Below are positions 8,840 to 19,032 of a stretch of 64,000 bases of DNA, piece by piece. The number at the start of each line of letters is the position of its first letter. Position 1 is the stretch's first letter. Source of the stretch: Gammaproteobacteria bacterium (GTDB taxonomy: Bacteria > Pseudomonadota > Gammaproteobacteria > Eutrophobiales > Eutrophobiaceae); contig CBDCTH010000012.1 in NCBI GenBank assembly GCA_965222155.1, positions 3,200,001 to 3,264,000 of the forward strand. The letters are read 5' to 3'. A program made the translations under genes and the position numbers. The notes under the pieces were generated by a model. That model searched no databases and was not told where the DNA came from. It saw nothing but the letters and a program-made list of their open reading frames with translations.

Positions 8840-10926
8840 CCCAAGTTTACCAAGATTCACTGGAATTCAGTCGGATTTTGTTGTTTTCTGTCGAGTCCAC
8901 AGTTGTAACTGATTGATTTTTGGTATGTGTAGGATTGCCTGGTCCCTGTAGTGCCATAATGTGACTTTTATTGTTGACATCGGTGCTGTCTGCCGGTATC
9001 CTCCCCCCCATGTTCATCCGCCGCACCCTCACCCGCCGTACCAATGGCCAGGCCTATTATTCCCACCGCCTGGTGCACAGCACGCGCGCGGGCGAGAAGG
9101 TGCGCCAGCGTACCCTGCTGAACCTCGGCAGCGAGTTTGCCGTTGACAACGCGCACTGGCCAACCCTGTGCCAACGTATCGACGAGATTCGTCACGGCCA
9201 AACGTCGCTGCTCCAGGCATTACCCGCCCCTGTCGAGGCCGAGGCACAACGCATCAGCGCCCAACTGCTGGCCCGGAGTCGCCCAGACGAGACAGGGACA
9301 ATGCGTGAATGGATGTCGGTGGATATGGACTCGCTGACGTTGACGCGCCCGCGCAGCGTGGGCGTCGAGCAGGTGGGATTGTGGGCATTGGCGCAGGTGG
9401 GACTGGACGAGACATTGGCTGCCCAAGGTGTGAACGCCTCCCTGCGTGCGGCCGCGCTGGGCTCTATCGTGGGCCGGCTGGCCTGCCCGGCCTCAGAGCG
9501 GGCTACCCACGCCTGGCTGTGCGAGCGCAGCGCCCTGGGCGAGTTGCTGGGGGTGGACTTCGAGCGCATGGGCGCCATGCAGTTGTACCGGGCCTCCGAT
9601 GCGCTGCTCAAGCACCGTGCGGCGATAGAGACACACCTGTTCGAGCGGGCGATGGACTTGTTTGACCTGGCTCCGACCGTGACGCTGTATGATCTGACCA
9701 ACACCTACTACGAGGGCGAGGCAGACGCGCAGCCGCTGGCGCAGCGGGGCCATTCGAAGGAGAAACGTAGCGACTGCAAGTTGCTGACCCTGGGGCTGGT
9801 GCTCGATGCCAGTGGGTTCGTGCAACGCTCGCGGGTGTTTGCCGGCAATGTACGCGAGGAGACGACCCTGGCCGGGATGCTGACCGCACTCAAGACCCCG
9901 CCGGGCGCGTTGGTCATCCTCGACCGGGGTATCGCCACCGAGGCGCAGGTGGCCTGGCTCAAGGCTAATCACTACCGCTACATCGTGGTCAGCCGGGCAC
10001 GCCGGCGCCAGTTCGATCCGGAGGACGCCCTGAGCCATCGCACCCGTGGGGGTGAGACCGTGCAGTTGGAGCAGGTGGCCGACGCCGAGTCTGGCGAGGT
10101 GCGACTGTACTGCTACTCTGCGGCACGGGCAGAGAAAGAACGCGCCATCGCGGCGCGCTTCATGGCACGCTTTGAGCAGGGCCTCACCACCCTGCACGAG
10201 GGCCTGTCCCGCCCGCGCACCCGCAAGCAGCCCGCCCATGTCTGGCAACGCATCGGGCGACTGAAAGCCAGCAGCCACGGCATCGGCCAGCACTACACCA
10301 TCGAGGTCGACACCGATGCCAAAGGCCAACGGGCCGTGGCCGTGCGCTGGCAACGCCAGCCGGTGACCGGCTCGATGCTCACCCACCCCGGCGTCTATTG
10401 CCTGCGCAGTAACGTCACCGACTGGGACGAGGCGCAACTGTGGCAGACCTACACCCTGCTCACCGATATTGAGGCCGTGTTTCGCGCCTTAAAATCCGAG
10501 TTGGGATTACGCCCCATCTATCATCGCACGCCCCGGCGCGCCGAGGGCCACCTGTTCATCACGGTCATCGCCTATCAACTCGTCCAGGTGATACGCCGCC
10601 GACTGGCACAGTGTCAAGATGAGTCCTGCCGCCGCGCAAGTTGGACCACGCTACGGCGCATCCTGGGCGCCCGTCAGCGGGTGACCGCCACCTTTCAGCG
10701 CCGCGATGGGCGTACCGTGCATAGCCGCAAGGCAACACGTCCGGAACCTAAGCTACAGGCTATCCTGGATGCCTTGGGAATCCGTGCATCACCCGGAGGA
10801 ACACAACAAGAAATCGTTTGAGCACACTACCTGCAAGCAAGTGATAAATGTAGTGCCATAAGTGAGGATATATCAATCTAACCCATTGAGATATAACGAC
10901 TTATTTTTTATGTTGGTAAACTTGGG
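8840..10926 (+). mobile_element. IS1634-family insertion sequence
   Basis: TIR CCCAAGTTTACCAA / TTGGTAAACTTGGG, CTAA on both flanks, subterminal TGTAGTGCCATAA direct repeats. Confidence 0.9.
9010..10821 (+). CDS. IS1634-family transposase (apparently intact)
   Basis: LYDLTNTYYEG, RGHSKEKRSD, LDRGIAT, IEAVFRALKSELGLRPIYH. Confidence 0.93.
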   Translation: MFIRRTLTRRTNGQAYYSHRLVHSTRAGEKVRQRTLLNLGSEFAVDNAHWPTLCQRIDEIRHGQTSLLQALPAPVEAEAQRISAQLLARSRPDETGTMREWMSVDMDSLTLTRPRSVGVEQVGLWALAQVGLDETLAAQGVNASLRAAALGSIVGRLACPASERATHAWLCERSALGELLGVDFERMGAMQLYRASDALLKHRAAIETHLFERAMDLFDLAPTVTLYDLTNTYYEGEADAQPLAQRGHSKEKRSDCKLLTLGLVLDASGFVQRSRVFAGNVREETTLAGMLTALKTPPGALVILDRGIATEAQVAWLKANHYRYIVVSRARRRQFDPEDALSHRTRGGETVQLEQVADAESGEVRLYCYSAARAEKERAIAARFMARFEQGLTTLHEGLSRPRTRKQPAHVWQRIGRLKASSHGIGQHYTIEVDTDAKGQRAVAVRWQRQPVTGSMLTHPGVYCLRSNVTDWDEAQLWQTYTLLTDIEAVFRALKSELGLRPIYHRTPRRAEGHLFITVIAYQLVQVIRRRLAQCQDESCRRASWTTLRRILGARQRVTATFQRRDGRTVHSRKATRPEPKLQAILDALGIRASPGGTQQEIV

Positions 10927-10930
10927 CTAA

Positions 10931-11152
10931 GGCATGGCGTTGATTGAGCATAGTGTCCAGGCGTTCGCGGAACAGGTCGGTTGAGGTGCGGGTCGCGGCG
11001 TCAGCGTGTCTGGGGGTCATTTTTATCTCCGATATTGCAAGAAAATGAAGCCCTATGATACCAAAACCGGCAATATCAGTCCAGGAATAAATGCAGGTTA
11101 CATAACTATAATCAATAGGTTAGAATAGCTTTTGGGGTTATTCAGGGACGAC
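10931..11152 (-). mobile_element. IS5-family remnant (end plus first ~30 codons of transposase), truncated by IS1634
   Basis: MTPRHADAATRTSTDLFRERLDTMLNQRHAL from ATG 11020; end sequence GTCGTCCCTGAATAA at a CTAG site. Confidence 0.7.
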
Positions 11153-11155
11153 TAG

Positions 11156-11347
11156 TTAAAGTACAGGCAATAAAAGCATACCAAGGCAGCCCATCAGCCA
11201 TCCTGAGTCTTGACTTTTTTCCATAAAAGTACCAACGATGATCATAAGGATAAAGAAAATAGCAAGGTACTCAACACCTGCGACATATGTTTCCCAGTAC
11301 GTGAGCACCCTGAGGCCAGCAAACACGGAATCCCAAAACATAGTCAT
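11156..11347 (-). pseudogene. Truncated membrane protein
   Basis: Hydrophobic 63-aa ORF with AAGGAG RBS, ending at the IS5 remnant. Confidence 0.55.
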
Positions 11348-11365
11348 TCTCCTTTTTTGTTATCA

Positions 11366-11434
11366 AATGCCACCGATCAGCAAAAATGAAACACGGTAGC
11401 GGTTTTTTAGGTCTGTAAAATTGCAGCGTTAAAA
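11366..11434 (-). other. Degenerate integron attC-like site
   Basis: Minus strand TTTTAAC GCTGCAATTTTACAGACC..CCGCTAC..TTTTTGCTGATCGGTGGCATT just after a stop codon; R' box decayed. Confidence 0.4.
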
Positions 11435-11438
11435 ACGT

Positions 11439-11780
11439 TTATCTGTATGGTGCCTCGGTAATGACCATCTTTTGGTCAGATTTCGAGCAGGTGGCTGTAA
11501 TTGCACCATCATTTGTCCAAGCTTTTACCATGTATACAAGACCTGTATCGACAATTGTATCGACCGGATAAAGATCACGTATTTGGGACATGATACTTTC
11601 TACTGCAACTATACAGTCGCCAAATGATATTGACTTTGTTTCTGTATTACTGACAGGGCCCTGTTCTGGATACTGACCACTATCCACCATACGATTAAGT
11701 TCACTGGGTGTATATGTTTCTTCTGCATAAGCAGACAAGATCATCGTCACCAGAATTATCGTAGTCATTAATTTCTTCAA
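11439..11780 (-). CDS. Secreted hypothetical protein
   Basis: Signal peptide MKKLMTTIILVTMILSAYA; GAGGA RBS; AT-rich. Confidence 0.7.
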   Translation of the reverse strand: MKKLMTTIILVTMILSAYAEETYTPSELNRMVDSGQYPEQGPVSNTETKSISFGDCIVAVESIMSQIRDLYPVDTIVDTGLVYMVKAWTNDGAITATCSKSDQKMVITEAPYR

Positions 11781-11815
11781 TTTCTTTCCTCACTATCAAT
11801 AGACATCTCAACGTA

Positions 11816-11865
11816 TGATTTTGGCCTGCTTACAGAGTACGTTCTCTGTAAGCAGGCCAAAATCA
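11816..11865. repeat. Perfect 22-bp inverted repeat with 6-bp spacer
   Basis: TGATTTTGGCCTGCTTACAGAG-tacgtt-CTCTGTAAGCAGGCCAAAATCA. Confidence 0.9.
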
Positions 11866-11880
11866 AATGATATATTTCAT

Positions 11881-13203
11881 CCCTAATCCCGCATTAGAAA
11901 GTGCGGGAATCAAAAAAGCCTTGTCTGTATGAAGTTGTGAGATTAACGACCATCAGCCGATGGATGCACAGACAAGGCGTATGCAAATCATACCGTACAG
12001 AATCGCAACTACCAACGATTGATTGACCGGGCGCGGTGGCTTAGTGTGTGTTGCCGAGTGACTGCGGCAGATAAGGTTTTCGGCTTGGGTGGAGGAGTAC
12101 TTTCCTGTGCCCGGCAGCAATCGGGGTTACCGCCCCTCGGCGGTAGTCACGTTATGGATGCTGATGTTGCGCGACGGGGCGCGTTGTCTGGAGGACGTTC
12201 GGCCTATCCGGCAAGACAAGGCATTACGGAAGTTGTTAGGGTTGCGGCGGCTACCGAGAGCGGACCTGTTGGGGGACTGGTTGCGGCGAGTTACCAGGCG
12301 GCTATCATGCGCTATTGCGAGGAACAGGGGATAGGGTATGTGCTGCGGGCGAAACGTAGTGCTGAGTTGAAGACGTGGATACTGGAACGCCCGGAGACGG
12401 TTTGGCAGCCATTGGTGCGGGACGGGGAGGCGGTAGACGGTCAGGCCACGTGTCGGGGCGTGCATGTCATCACGGGGTATGACAAGGCATTCACGCTGGT
12501 GGTGCAGCGCACGCGTAAAGCGGGGCAGCAGTGTTTGGATTGGGGTGAGGAAGACGTTGACACCGCCGTGACGGACGGGGGGTATATCTATCGGGCGCTG
12601 GCCACCCATCGGGAGGCATTGAGTGACAGTGAGGGTATAACCAGCGTGGCGAGGACTCGGAGAATCGCATCAAGGAGTTGAAATGCGACTTTGCCGGTGA
12701 GCGCTTGCCCTGCGGTCAGTTTGACGCCAATGCCCTGTACTGTCACCTGTGTGTGACGGCGTATAACCTGTTTGTGCTGTTGCGTCACTCGCTGCCGCCA
12801 CAGTGGCATACCTGCCGGGCGCCGACCATCCGCTGGCGTGTGTATGCGATGGCTGCGAAAGTTGTCTCTCATGCCCGCCGGGTGTATTTGAAGTTCCGGC
12901 CTGAGCAGGCCAACCTGGTGAAGACCCTGCTGGCGGCCCTGGCGCCGCCGCTGGCTGGCGTAGCGTAGTCCTGCTAACCCCCCTGTTCTCAGTCACCCCC
13001 GGCAGCTGGGGGCGGGTCACCCCTGCCTGTCTTATCGTCCTGACCCCGTTCATCTGCCCGGTATGGTCCCAATCCGGCGTGAGAGAGCGATAACCTACCC
13101 TATACAAGGGTAAACCATGGCTCATTGCTATTGAGTAAGGCACTACAAACAGACAGAATACGCCTTAAATGCCCGTTTCAACATCTCTAACGCGGGATTT
13201 GGG
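11881..13203 (+). mobile_element. IS1380-family element with degraded transposase (11981-12968)
   Basis: TIR CCCTAATCCCGCATTAGA / TCTAACGCGGGATTTGGG, TTTCAT on both flanks; fragments LTGRGGL, YNQRGEDSENRIKELKCDF, LPCGQFDAN in shifting frames. Confidence 0.85.
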
Positions 13204-13381
13204 TTTCATTGACAACACCCTTGTTCTATGTAGCTTTTTCCACAAGAATCATAGTCACGATATTGATCGGGTTGAGCCGAGGGATTAATTTTGTTTTTGA
13301 TTAAACCAATGAAGTTGTCTTGTCCAGTAGTATCAATGCGCCACAATAAATCAGATTCTCTGCGATCTTCCCTAACAATAA

Positions 13382-14649
13382 GGGAACCTCTATTAATTGA
13401 CGTTTCCAGATGCTGTACTGTATGAGAAGGCCAGCGGGTTCCAAATATATGCAATGGGCTGCCGAATGCGCCCGTATGCGCCTTCATCCACCCGTTAATG
13501 GGGCCTGTTTGCGGCCTTCAGGTGTCGGTTTGACACCGGTCAGGCGTTGTCTCCGTCAGGCCGGCACACGGACCCCTTGCAGACAACACAAGCGCCGCAT
13601 GTTGTACACCAGATTCATCATCCCAATGGCTAACTCACTGCGCGCCCGCCCGATACAACGTAGCGCCTTCGCCCGTAACGTGCACTGTGCACCGAATACA
13701 TGTTCAACCCGAGCGCGCACCTTCGCCCGGGTGCGATTGCCCTGTTTCTCCCGGGCCGTCAACGGCCGGGTGCGCGTCCCCTTGCGCTGGATGTGACTGC
13801 GATACCTCTTATCCCGTAAGCGTCCCTCCTGCTCTGCCGAACGCCAGGCGCTGTCCGCCCACACGGCCTTGCTGCTGTTACCTGCATCCAGTAACGCATC
13901 CAACTTCTGCGAGTCATGCACATTCGCCGCCGTCACCTCATAGGTCCGTATCAGCTTGTGCGCCCGGTCCACATTCACGTGATTCTTATAGCCAAAATAC
14001 GCGTTGCCGTGCTGCTTCGTCCAGCGGGCCTGCGTAGCCTTCTGGCGCTGCTTCGCCGCACGCCAGTCCGTCGCTGTCTCACCCGCCTTAATCAGCGCAT
14101 TCTCCGCCCGCGTGTTGCGCTGCACCGGCACCAGCGAGGCATCCACCCACTGCCCCGTGCGCGCCCGATACCCCAAACCCTGTAACTGCGCCGCAAACTG
14201 CTCAAACAAATCCCCCATCAACCCTAACGCCACCAACCGCTCCCGAAACGCCCAGAACGTCTTCGCAGCCGGCGCCCGACGATAACTGTCCAACCCCAAA
14301 AATCGCTGAAAACTACGCTGGTCCTCAATCTGATACTCCAACTGTTCATCACTCAACCCGTATAAATCCTGTATCACCAACCCCTTGAACATCAGCACCC
14401 CATCCCGCCGCGGCGCCCCCGCATTGCGCTTGCGTAGCGCCGGCTTGACCCGCTCCAACAGCGGCCGACACTGCTCCCAGTCTACCGTCTCCGCTAAGCG
14501 CAGTAACAGATCACCCAGGTTAGCCAGCCGTTTGTCTTGGGGGTCAAAAAAGGAACCGAACAGATCTTGTGTCTTCATGGCGTCTCCATACCAACGTGTT
14601 GAAATCAGTCACCGATAGCATATCATGGGCTGAATAAATAGAGGTTCCC
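13382..14649 (-). mobile_element. IS5-family insertion sequence
   Basis: TIR GGGAACCTCTA, 4-bp TSD ATAA. Confidence 0.92.
13556..14578 (-). CDS. IS5-family transposase
   Basis: LSDEQLEYQI, VDASLV, YFGYKNH, ADSA, RARVEHVFG. Confidence 0.93.
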   Translation of the reverse strand: MKTQDLFGSFFDPQDKRLANLGDLLLRLAETVDWEQCRPLLERVKPALRKRNAGAPRRDGVLMFKGLVIQDLYGLSDEQLEYQIEDQRSFQRFLGLDSYRRAPAAKTFWAFRERLVALGLMGDLFEQFAAQLQGLGYRARTGQWVDASLVPVQRNTRAENALIKAGETATDWRAAKQRQKATQARWTKQHGNAYFGYKNHVNVDRAHKLIRTYEVTAANVHDSQKLDALLDAGNSSKAVWADSAWRSAEQEGRLRDKRYRSHIQRKGTRTRPLTAREKQGNRTRAKVRARVEHVFGAQCTLRAKALRCIGRARSELAIGMMNLVYNMRRLCCLQGVRVPA

Positions 14650-15019
14650 ATAATAGATATCGCATGAATACAAATGAATTCCTTTAACCCTTGAATAGAC
14701 GCGCAGAAATCCACTTCCTGAATTCTTGTTACGCATTTAACTCAACATAAAAGAGCCAGTCGATATCAGATTCACTATAGGACTGAGTGAAATTGTTTTT
14801 TTCCTCAGGACATTGCATTCTTCGATTCTTCGTTGTTATTGCTTGCCACTGGGGTTATCATGCTACCTTAATCATTTGTACGTGAAACCCGGGGCAGGCC
14901 ACTGGATTAAACGAATAAAATGGAGAAATTTATACGCCATACTGTAACTGACAGTCACTGCTATAAATCCAGTAACTCTCAGATCAAATCTAAACTTTAA
15001 TAATTAGAATGGATAGGCG

Positions 15020-15457
15020 ATGACCAAGCATCTTCCTATTCTTGTAAGCATCCTATCCCTATTGGTTGGGGGCATACTCTACTTGGGGTTTCGGCCTGAT
15101 TCACTCCTCATGTTTAAGTGGGTTAATTTCGTAGGACTTGAGAGGCTGGTGGCCGATTATCGCGCCTTTATCTTCCCATACGGTTCTCAGCTTCCAGAAT
15201 GGCTGATATTCTCTGCGCCCAATGGCCTTTGGCTTTTCTCCTTCGCTGGTCTAATGATGTACCTTTGGGGGAAGGAGCAATTTGCGGCAGCCCTTGCTTG
15301 GACTTTCGCTTTGTGGGTTGTCGGTATCTCATCAGAGTTTCTGCAATCGGTACATTTTTTATCTGGGGTATTCGATATTAATGATGTATTTGCATACACA
15401 ACAGGATTCCTTGCGTTTTTCGTTTTGACGCAATGGGGGTTGTTAAATGGAGAATAA
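15020..15457 (+). CDS. Membrane protein (VanZ/DUF2809-like)
   Basis: Four TM segments, SEFLQ...GVFDINDVFAY motif. Confidence 0.7.
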   Translation: MTKHLPILVSILSLLVGGILYLGFRPDSLLMFKWVNFVGLERLVADYRAFIFPYGSQLPEWLIFSAPNGLWLFSFAGLMMYLWGKEQFAAALAWTFALWVVGISSEFLQSVHFLSGVFDINDVFAYTTGFLAFFVLTQWGLLNGE

Positions 15458-15816
15458 ATCGGCTTTGTCATTACTCGCATTTGGAGTGTATCTAGTTTTA
15501 GCTGGAGGGAGTAGTGATGACCGCACACCAGAACAAAAGGCTGAAGATGCTTGCAAAGATACTACAATGGCGTTTGTGATGTCGCAGCAATTTGTTAAGA
15601 AACGCCTAAAATCACCATCAACAGCGGATTTTCCTTACACGTCAAGTGTAAGGCGTAATCATCTTTTATCAAGGAGAGTGTAAGCACCGGATATTCGCAT
15701 ATGTTGATGCACAGAATTCATTTGGTGAGACGACCCGAACTGAATACTACGCTGAAGTACAAAATGAGAAGGGAACGGATACTTGGCGGCTGCTGGACCT
15801 CGAAATGTACGAATGA
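15447..15816 (+). pseudogene. Exported hypothetical protein, frameshifted near 15650
   Basis: FVKKRLKSPSTADFP continues in another frame as YVDAQNSFGETTRTEY. Confidence 0.7.
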
Positions 15817-15849
15817 TACCTATGGCGCGCTTCCCTCAAGCAACACTCA

Positions 15850-18155
15850 GTCGCCCGAGACGCCTGAATAGAAAAAGACTACCCGCTGGTACTCTGGCTT
15901 GTACCGTCAAACACTATCCGTCGCCAGACCGTTGAAACATTGAAGGACACCGGTCATCCCTACCGGCAGGCGCTCAACGATACCTTTGCCGGGCGTGTAC
16001 GGGTATTTGATATTGCTGATTTTACGCAGGTTCGGCCACACGACCTCCGTGATCAATGCTGCATCGTCGTGGGAACGATTCAAACCTTACGCGTATTAAG
16101 TACGGATGGTCGCAAGGTATATGCCCATAATGAAGAACTTGAACCCCATTTTTCGGCTTTGTCCGAACGTGTAACGGGACTGGAAACATTGCCTGATGGA
16201 GGCGTCAAATTCTCTTTTGCCAACCTGATGCACCTGCATCAACCTCTGATGATCGTGGATGAAGCGCATAACGCGGTGACCGGCTTGACCCGTGAAATGC
16301 AGAAGCGGGTCAATCCCGCGGCGATTATCGAGTTCAGCGCTACGCCCCGGTCTAGGTCGAATATCTTGTACAGTGTCAGCGCGCAAGAACTAAAACGCGA
16401 ACAGATGATCAAGCTGCCGATTATATTATCTGAACATTATAGTTGGCAGAATGCAGTGAGTGGAGCGATTGCCGCTCGTACTTCCTTGGCTGAGAAAGCC
16501 TGGGACGACCCCGGCCATATCCGTCCGATTGTCCTGTTTCAGGCACAGCCGAAAAACCATAAGGTTACGGTCGAAGTCTTGAAGGAGCATCTGATTGAAG
16601 TTGAACGGGTCCCGGAAGATAAGATTATCGTTGCCACCGGCGAGCAGCGGGAGTTGGATGGTGTTGACCTGTTTGACCTCCATTGTCCGATTGAATAAGT
16701 CATCACTATCGAGGCGCTGAAGGAAGGCTGGGACTGTTCCTTTGCTTACATCTTCTGTTCAGTATCCCGTGTTCGTAGTGCAGTGGATGTGGAACAACTC
16801 CTTGGTCGTGTGTTGCGGATGCCTTATGCCGAGAGACGCAAAGCCAAGGAGTTGAATCAGGCATATGCCTTCCTCTCCGAAGCCGACTTTGGTGAAGCCG
16901 CGCGTACCCTGGTCGATAAACTTGTTGCAATGGGTTTTGAGGAAGACGAAGCAAGTGAAAATATCGAATACGCGCAACCCGGCTTAGAACTTGACCGGGA
17001 GCATGACTTACTCTCAGTGCAGGAGACACCTGGCAAGGCGTTCAGATATGTCTTGAGTAATACCCCTGAAACACTGGCAGCCTTGCAGGACGGTAAGTTG
17101 CCTGGAATTTCCGTGAATGATATTTCCGACGGTCGGATTGAGATTGAGGTCAGCTGTCCTATAGAGACGAGATAAGGCGTACCCTGTCACCGGCCAGGCG
17201 TGGTGAGACATTCATCGTTCCGCGACTCTGCACGGAAATACAGGGCGAGCTTGAGTTTGCGGATTCGGAAGTACTTATGGAATATCACGACTGGTCATTA
17301 CTGGATCATCCGGCCAGGTTGGAGGAGAGCGAGTTTGCCATCCGTGAGACAGCCCGCAGTTTCGAGATTGATCTTGACGGCAAGCGGGTAACCTACAAAT
17401 TCACCCGCGAGCAGGAGCAATTAGGACTGAATGTAGACGTGGAAGGCTGGACGCAAGAGGCGCTAATCCTCTGGCTCGACGGTCAGGTGCGTCAACCGGA
17501 TATAAGCCAGACCGAGTTGATCAGGTGGTTATATGAACTAATCACCTTTTTAATGAATTTCCGTAAATTGCATATCAGCGCACTGATGCGTTGCAAATTC
17601 ATTCTGGCCCGAAGGATACGCGCCAAAATTGATTTCATTCGACGGCAGGAACGTAACGAGGTTTATCAGAGACATCTATTTGATCCCGGCGCAAAAGTGG
17701 AGGTTTCTTTTGACCATGGTTTTGCGTTTCGGAACGGCATATACCAGGACCAGCGTCGCTATCGCGGGCGCTGGATGCCGGATAAGCATTTCCTGGATCA
17801 TGTTCCGGCCTTTGATGGTGTTCCGGGAGGTGAGGAGGAGCAGTGCGCCTGGGTAATTGACAGTCTACTTGGACTGAAATACTGGATTCGCAACGTGGCA
17901 AGAGATCCAGCGTCATTTTGGTTACCCACAGAAGCGGGCAGGTTCTACCCGGATTTCATAGCCCGGATGGAGGATGGACGCCTGCTTGTCGCTGAATACA
18001 AGGGCGCGCATATTGCTGAAGGACCTGAGACCGCCGAAAAACGGGCAATCGGCGAGCTTTGGCAACGCAAAAGCAACGGTACAGGTATTTTTATTATTGT
18101 TAAGAAAAGCGTCAACGGACGGGATATGCGGCAACAATTGTCAGATGTTATATGA
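15850..18155 (+). pseudogene. Type III restriction-like DEAD/DEAH helicase-nuclease, degraded
   Basis: LWLVPS, IVDEAHN, SATP, ALKEGWDC, QLLGRVLRMP, FYPDF..EYKG; 5' truncation, TGA 15865, TAA 16696, frame breaks 17170-17275. Confidence 0.88.
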
Positions 18156-18334
18156 CAGTAAATTTGCTGTCTGCGCAGTATCACAAAATAACTGTGTACA
18201 GACGGATGTTGTTGTTTGACAAACTACATGAAGAATAATGATAATGATCAGACTAAACTTGATCTGTATAGTGGAAAAAGCGTGTTATCAACCCAAATTC
18301 ATATTTGTTTGTATACTATGGTAAAGGTGATGCT

Positions 18335-18586
18335 ATGGGTTTACCTTTAAATGCTGCCGACGATAGTCGTTCGTCCTATTTTTCTGATGAGTTCAGTGCG
18401 CTTGAAGAAGTTATGCGACGCAAGTCAGACCCGGAACACGAAGGGATGATCTCGCGTGCAGTTCCTACAGGTTACGGAGATTTTCAGGTAGTTTCTTTGC
18501 CCATAGAAACTGTCCTTGATAGCTTGATCAATGATACAGGCGTTCAAGTTCAGGATCTTTTTAATCTCCATAAAAGTCAATTTTAA
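18335..18586 (+). CDS. Hypothetical protein
   Basis: AAGGTG RBS; stop overlaps the next start (TAATG). Confidence 0.6.
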   Translation: MGLPLNAADDSRSSYFSDEFSALEEVMRRKSDPEHEGMISRAVPTGYGDFQVVSLPIETVLDSLINDTGVQVQDLFNLHKSQF

Positions 18587-19020
18587 TGCCAACGGAAGAG
18601 CAAACGGAGCTCGTCGAACAAGAGCCCCAATTACAACAAGAGCTTTTTAGTAAGAACGAATTCATAGAATTGGAACGCCTACGCATTGATAGTGTTAATA
18701 AACGAACAGAGGTGGCCCAAGCATATATTGATGCGAACAGTGCTGCGGACCAGCGGCGATATAATTACAATATCCAAAAGATGGAGGTCGACAGGGAAGA
18801 ACGCAGCGCAACACGTAAAGCTACCACCAAGATTTTGTGGGCCTTCTTAGGAGTATCAGCGTTTTTTACCCTGATATTGTTTTATATGTTATTTCTCGGA
18901 AATCTTGACCAGGCAGAAAATGCAAAAACTTTGCTTAGGGTCTTAGGTACTGGGGTCGGCGGATTTGGTGTCGGATACCTTTTTCTTAGGTTGATTAGCC
19001 GCTTGACTGGCAAGTTATAA
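18586..19020 (+). CDS. Coiled-coil plus 2-TM membrane protein (DUF2335-like architecture)
   Basis: Charged helical N-terminus followed by two hydrophobic helices. Confidence 0.7.
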   Translation: MPTEEQTELVEQEPQLQQELFSKNEFIELERLRIDSVNKRTEVAQAYIDANSAADQRRYNYNIQKMEVDREERSATRKATTKILWAFLGVSAFFTLILFYMLFLGNLDQAENAKTLLRVLGTGVGGFGVGYLFLRLISRLTGKL

Positions 19021-19032
19021 GCCTCCGTGCTT

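Noticed and set aside
14875-14902. parS site or IS3 end (TGTACGTGAAACCCGGGGCAGG)
   Set aside because: Only a half match to the parS palindrome and too degenerate to call as an IS end
2780-19030. Prophage or ICE
   Set aside because: No integrase, structural, relaxase or conjugation genes, and no tRNA att site
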